Of a stretch of 64,000 nucleotides of DNA, positions 58,706 through 64,000 are shown in pieces (positions within the stretch are counted from its first letter, which is position 1; the number at the start of each line of letters is the position of its first letter). A model generated the notes under the pieces. The model saw only the letters and a program-made list of their open reading frames with translations, ran no database searches and had not been told where the DNA came from. The translations under genes were made by a program, and so were the position numbers. The DNA comes from the human T2T-CHM13v2.0 reference genome, Homo sapiens, in assembly GCF_009914755.1 (NCBI RefSeq), contig NC_060936.1. One strand, given 5' to 3'.

Positions 58706-59461
58706 TAACTAGCATTGTCCTAGCCAGCAAGAAAAAAAAAAAGGGAAAAATAATTAGAGTCCCTTCAATGAAATTAGCAGCCTGCAGTAGGGTAACTGTC
58801 CCTCCTACTCCTTAATTTAAATGGATGTGCTTATGGCTAGCGGCTAAAGCATTTGTCAAATATAGGCACATCCGCCAGAATTTCAGTTGTCACTACCACA
58901 TTTCCTCTGATCTTGTGTGGCATTCTTGGAACCGTAATGAAATCCGGGCTATAAAGACTCCAGTGAAGAAATAAAGTGGAAACAAAACAGCCTTTTGCCA
59001 ACCCACGCTCTGCTTTAAATAAGGAGCAATGTCTATTGAATAACTCAGCCCCGCCTGTCAAAATATTTTTTGGGGGGGTGGGCTATTCATTTGGAATTAC
59101 TCCAGGAGGCCTTTAATTAGAGCCTTTACTGCATTTGCAGTGCTGAAATGAGTCCATGTGCTTCTTGCTTGATCTTCCACATCACGACTCTGGCTTTTGA
59201 AAGGCCCTGTTGGTGTAATTGAGGTTAAGTGTAGTTACTCTGCTTCTGAGAACACACACCCCTTTAACGGGCCCGAGAAACAGGGTAGAAAACTTGCAAT
59301 GGTTTTTCCTCTTGGGAAGTTGTTAGCACCTCACATTTGCTCCGTTAAACTTTTCACCTGTGATTGGGGTTCTCTTTTCTGTCCCTGGGGTTCCCTGAGG
59401 AGTGTCTGGGCCCTAGAGGATCCTAGGAAGAGTGTCTGGGCCCTAAAGAGGGAGTTTTGCC

Positions 59462-59777
59462 TTTTTTTTTTTTTTTTTTTTTTTGAGACAGGGTCTCACT
59501 CTGTCACCCAGGCTGGAGTGCAATGACGTGATCTCGGCTCCCTGCAACCTCAACTTCCTGGGCTCAAGTGATCCCCCTGCCCCAGCCTCCTGAGCAGCTG
59601 GGACTACAGGTGTGCACTGCCATGCCCAGCTAATTTTTGTATTTTTCTTTTTTTTTTGTAGAGACTGGAGTTTCATCAGATTGCCCAAGCTGGTTTTGAA
59701 CTCCTGGGCTCAAGCGATCTGCCTGCCTCAGCTTCCCAAAGTGTTGGGATTACAGGTGTGAGCCACAGCATCCAGCC
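59462..59777 (-). mobile_element. Alu (J-like)
   Basis: Antisense dimer with poly-T. Confidence 0.94.
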
Positions 59778-59889
59778 TGAGTTTTACTTTTTAAACTCTA
59801 GGATATCCAAGGTGAAGTCCAAAGAGAGCACCCAGGTATAAACAAGATTATTCTGGAAGGGCTGGCTTGTGGCCAGTTTCTACCTTTCC

Positions 59890-60145
59890 GATAATAATGA
59901 TAATGATGATGATGATGATAATTCCTGTCTAATGAGCTCTAGTTCTACACTGGGTCTGTGTTAAGCCCTTTCTCTACATAACCTCATTTAACCTGCACAA
60001 CAGCCCTGTGAGGTGGATCTAATTATTCCCACTTCACAGATGAGGAAACTGAGACTCATAAAGGGCCAAGTGCATGGCCAAGGACACAAATCTGGTATGG
60101 GTCATTGTTGAGATTGAAGCCCGGGACTTTCTAACTCTAAAGCCT
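59890..60145 (-). mobile_element. MIR with (GAT)n end
   Basis: cagatgaggaaactgagactca...gccaaggacaca. Confidence 0.8.
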
Positions 60146-60327
60146 GCTGAGTTTGTTGCGGAGTGGGCTTTTGGTGAATCCCCCTGTGTAATGGTTGGAG
60201 AGACCAGGTCGTTGCCTTCCTGGAAAGGAGGTGTCAGGGATATTCTTGGTGGCCTCGCGGTTCTAAGAATGGACTCTGCAGTTAGACCTGGAGATTTGGA
60301 TCCTGGCTCTGCCTCTGACCAGCTATG

Positions 60328-61162
<835 letters not shown>

Positions 61163-61302
61163 CCAGATGTTTGTCCTTGGGGTAGTGAATAAATCTCCCT
61201 GAGCCTCAATTCCATCATCTGTGAAATGGGAATAATAATATCAATGCCCACATCATAGCGTGATAGTGGAGATAAAAGTTGATGCATATAAGATCCTTTG
61301 TG

Positions 61303-61621
<319 letters not shown>

Positions 61622-62344
61622 AAGAAAAAGATCCAAGATCCATTTTGTATTATGTGCTGATTGAATGTTAGATATCACTACTACTAGTACTATTATTATC
61701 TTTAGAGTTGGAGTCTTGCTTTGTCTCCCAGGCTGGAGTGTGGTGGTGCGATCATGGCTCACTGCAGTCTTGAACTCTTGGGCTCAAGTGAGCCTCCTCT
61801 CTCAGCCTCCTGAGTTGCTGGGATTACAGGGAGCTTCTGTGGCTGGCTGTATTATTATTAATGCTAATATGAAAATAAGCATGACCATGAAAGAACCCCA
61901 AAACAAAAACCAACAGAGGAACAATTTACTGTTGAACTCATCCACATCCTCTATGTGGGGTTCTTATACTACTTTATACTGGGGGCTTATATATTGATCT
62001 GTGTATTCCCTATAATATTCCAGCACCTTGATGGGATCTGGCACATAGTAGGTGCTGCAAAAATACCTAAGGCATGACATGATTAAAGACAGAAAATATG
62101 TGTTTCTGTGCTATTTTTTTTTCTGTTAGAAGCTTTGTTGTTTTGAGGGGAGTCTTGCAGACCCTCGCAAAACTACAGACCTGTTGTGTGAAGATGGGCT
62201 GGCTTCCTGCCCCCAGCCATCTGGTGAACCCTGGCACCACCTCCTTGGGGCCTCCAGTGATTGTTCCCCACACGCACTGCCAGCCCTTTCTCTCAGCCTC
62301 CTGGCACTTGGCTCCAGCTCCTGGCTCTGGCCACTAGAGAGGTG

Positions 62345-62358
62345 GTCTCCATGGTAAC
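62345..62358. promoter_or_regulatory. RFX X-box-like motif
   Basis: GTCTCCATGGTAAC in apparently non-repeat DNA. Confidence 0.4.
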
Positions 62359-62679
62359 AGTTTTGGGGGGCATTGAGAGGGAGCAAAGAAGGAAAAGGTA
62401 TCATGCCAGCCAGCCAGCCCTTGTTAGGGACCCACTCATACCAGGGTGCTTGTTCCTGTACCTCCGCTAGAGATCTCGGCTGCAGAAAGGCAGGTCCAGG
62501 AGCAGGTGGAGAGGTGCTGGTGCTTGTCTTTTGGCGACTTCTTTTTGTACCTTGCCTTCTCTTTTTGCCCTCTTCTGCACTTGACGACCGTGTCCAAGGA
62601 TCTCAGTGCTTTCAAAGAACCATAGTTATCCACTGCTGCCAACTGAAGGCTCTGGAAATTCAAGTTGGCTGTCCCATTT

Positions 62680-62820
62680 ACTGGTGGGGTGAGCTGTGGA
62701 GTAAGTTACTTCACCTCCCTGACCTCAGTTTTATCATCTATAAAATGGGGTTTTCATAAACATGAAGAGAATCTGTGAAGCCCTTAGAATGACGCCTGGC
62801 AGCTAGTAAGTGCTCAATAA
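62680..62820 (+). mobile_element. MIR
   Basis: aagttacttcacctccctgacctcagttttatcatctataaaatggg...gtgctcaataa. Confidence 0.8.
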
Positions 62821-62848
62821 GGTTTTATCTATATTGTCTGTTGTTTGA

Positions 62849-63439
<591 letters not shown>

Positions 63440-64000
63440 TAATTCCAAGACAAAATCTTGGGAGAGAAAAAGTTTCCAGGCACCAGGCAGTGGGAGGATT
63501 AAAAAATAACAGAGGTGTCACTGAAGCTCAGAGAAGTTAAGCAATGTGCTCAGGGCCACACAGCAGGTTAAGTTGTGAAGCTGACATTTGAACCTAAGTC
63601 TGCTTTTCAATGGACCTCAAGGAACATTCTCCTTTCCTTTCTCACCTGATCTCTTAAGTATCCACCCAGAGTGATGGACAGGAGTGATCAGCTGTCAGAT
63701 GCCTTAAAACCAGTGGCCAAATGCTGATCCAACAGCTGAAATTTGGGAGCCTGCAGCTTCCTGGCAGAGACAAAGGAGACTACAGTCTTTCTCAGCTCAG
63801 CTGGGAGAACAGACTTTATCGAGAGCATCCCTTCCTCCCTGGGAAGGTTTGAGAGGCATTTGTAATGCAGATTTTGACTCTGGGCAAGGACCCAGCTCCC
63901 CATCCTCACCTCTGGCTGAGCCATTTAAAAAAATACAAGAAGACAGTTTTTTCCCTCCTGAGCCCTGAGGTCTGAGGCTGAAGTAGATGAGCTTCCTGCA

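Overview
Primate (human-like) euchromatic, largely non-coding DNA, densely packed with Alu SINEs, MIR/L2/L1M relics, MaLR/ERVL/ERV1 LTRs and DNA-transposon MITEs. I recognise no protein-coding exon, RNA gene or CRISPR array. The ORF track is explained by Alu, LTR and low-complexity sequence. The main landmark is a small CpG island (~22.1-22.6 kb) with a TATA-like element and a consensus 5' splice donor, probably the promoter and non-coding first exon of a + strand transcript I cannot name. It lies directly behind a ~1.2 kb G/A-rich tandem repeat. The best second-look items are a ~60-bp duplicated regulatory-looking module at 0.9/2.5 kb, a near-identical 136-bp local templated duplication at 28.5/29.5 kb, a perfected 17-bp hairpin in an old LTR, RFX/CTCF/GAS motifs, and several structurally odd Alus. 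I found no evidence for a new multi-gene system. Repeat subfamily names come from recall of consensus sequences and boundaries are approximate (RepeatMasker/Dfam would refine them).
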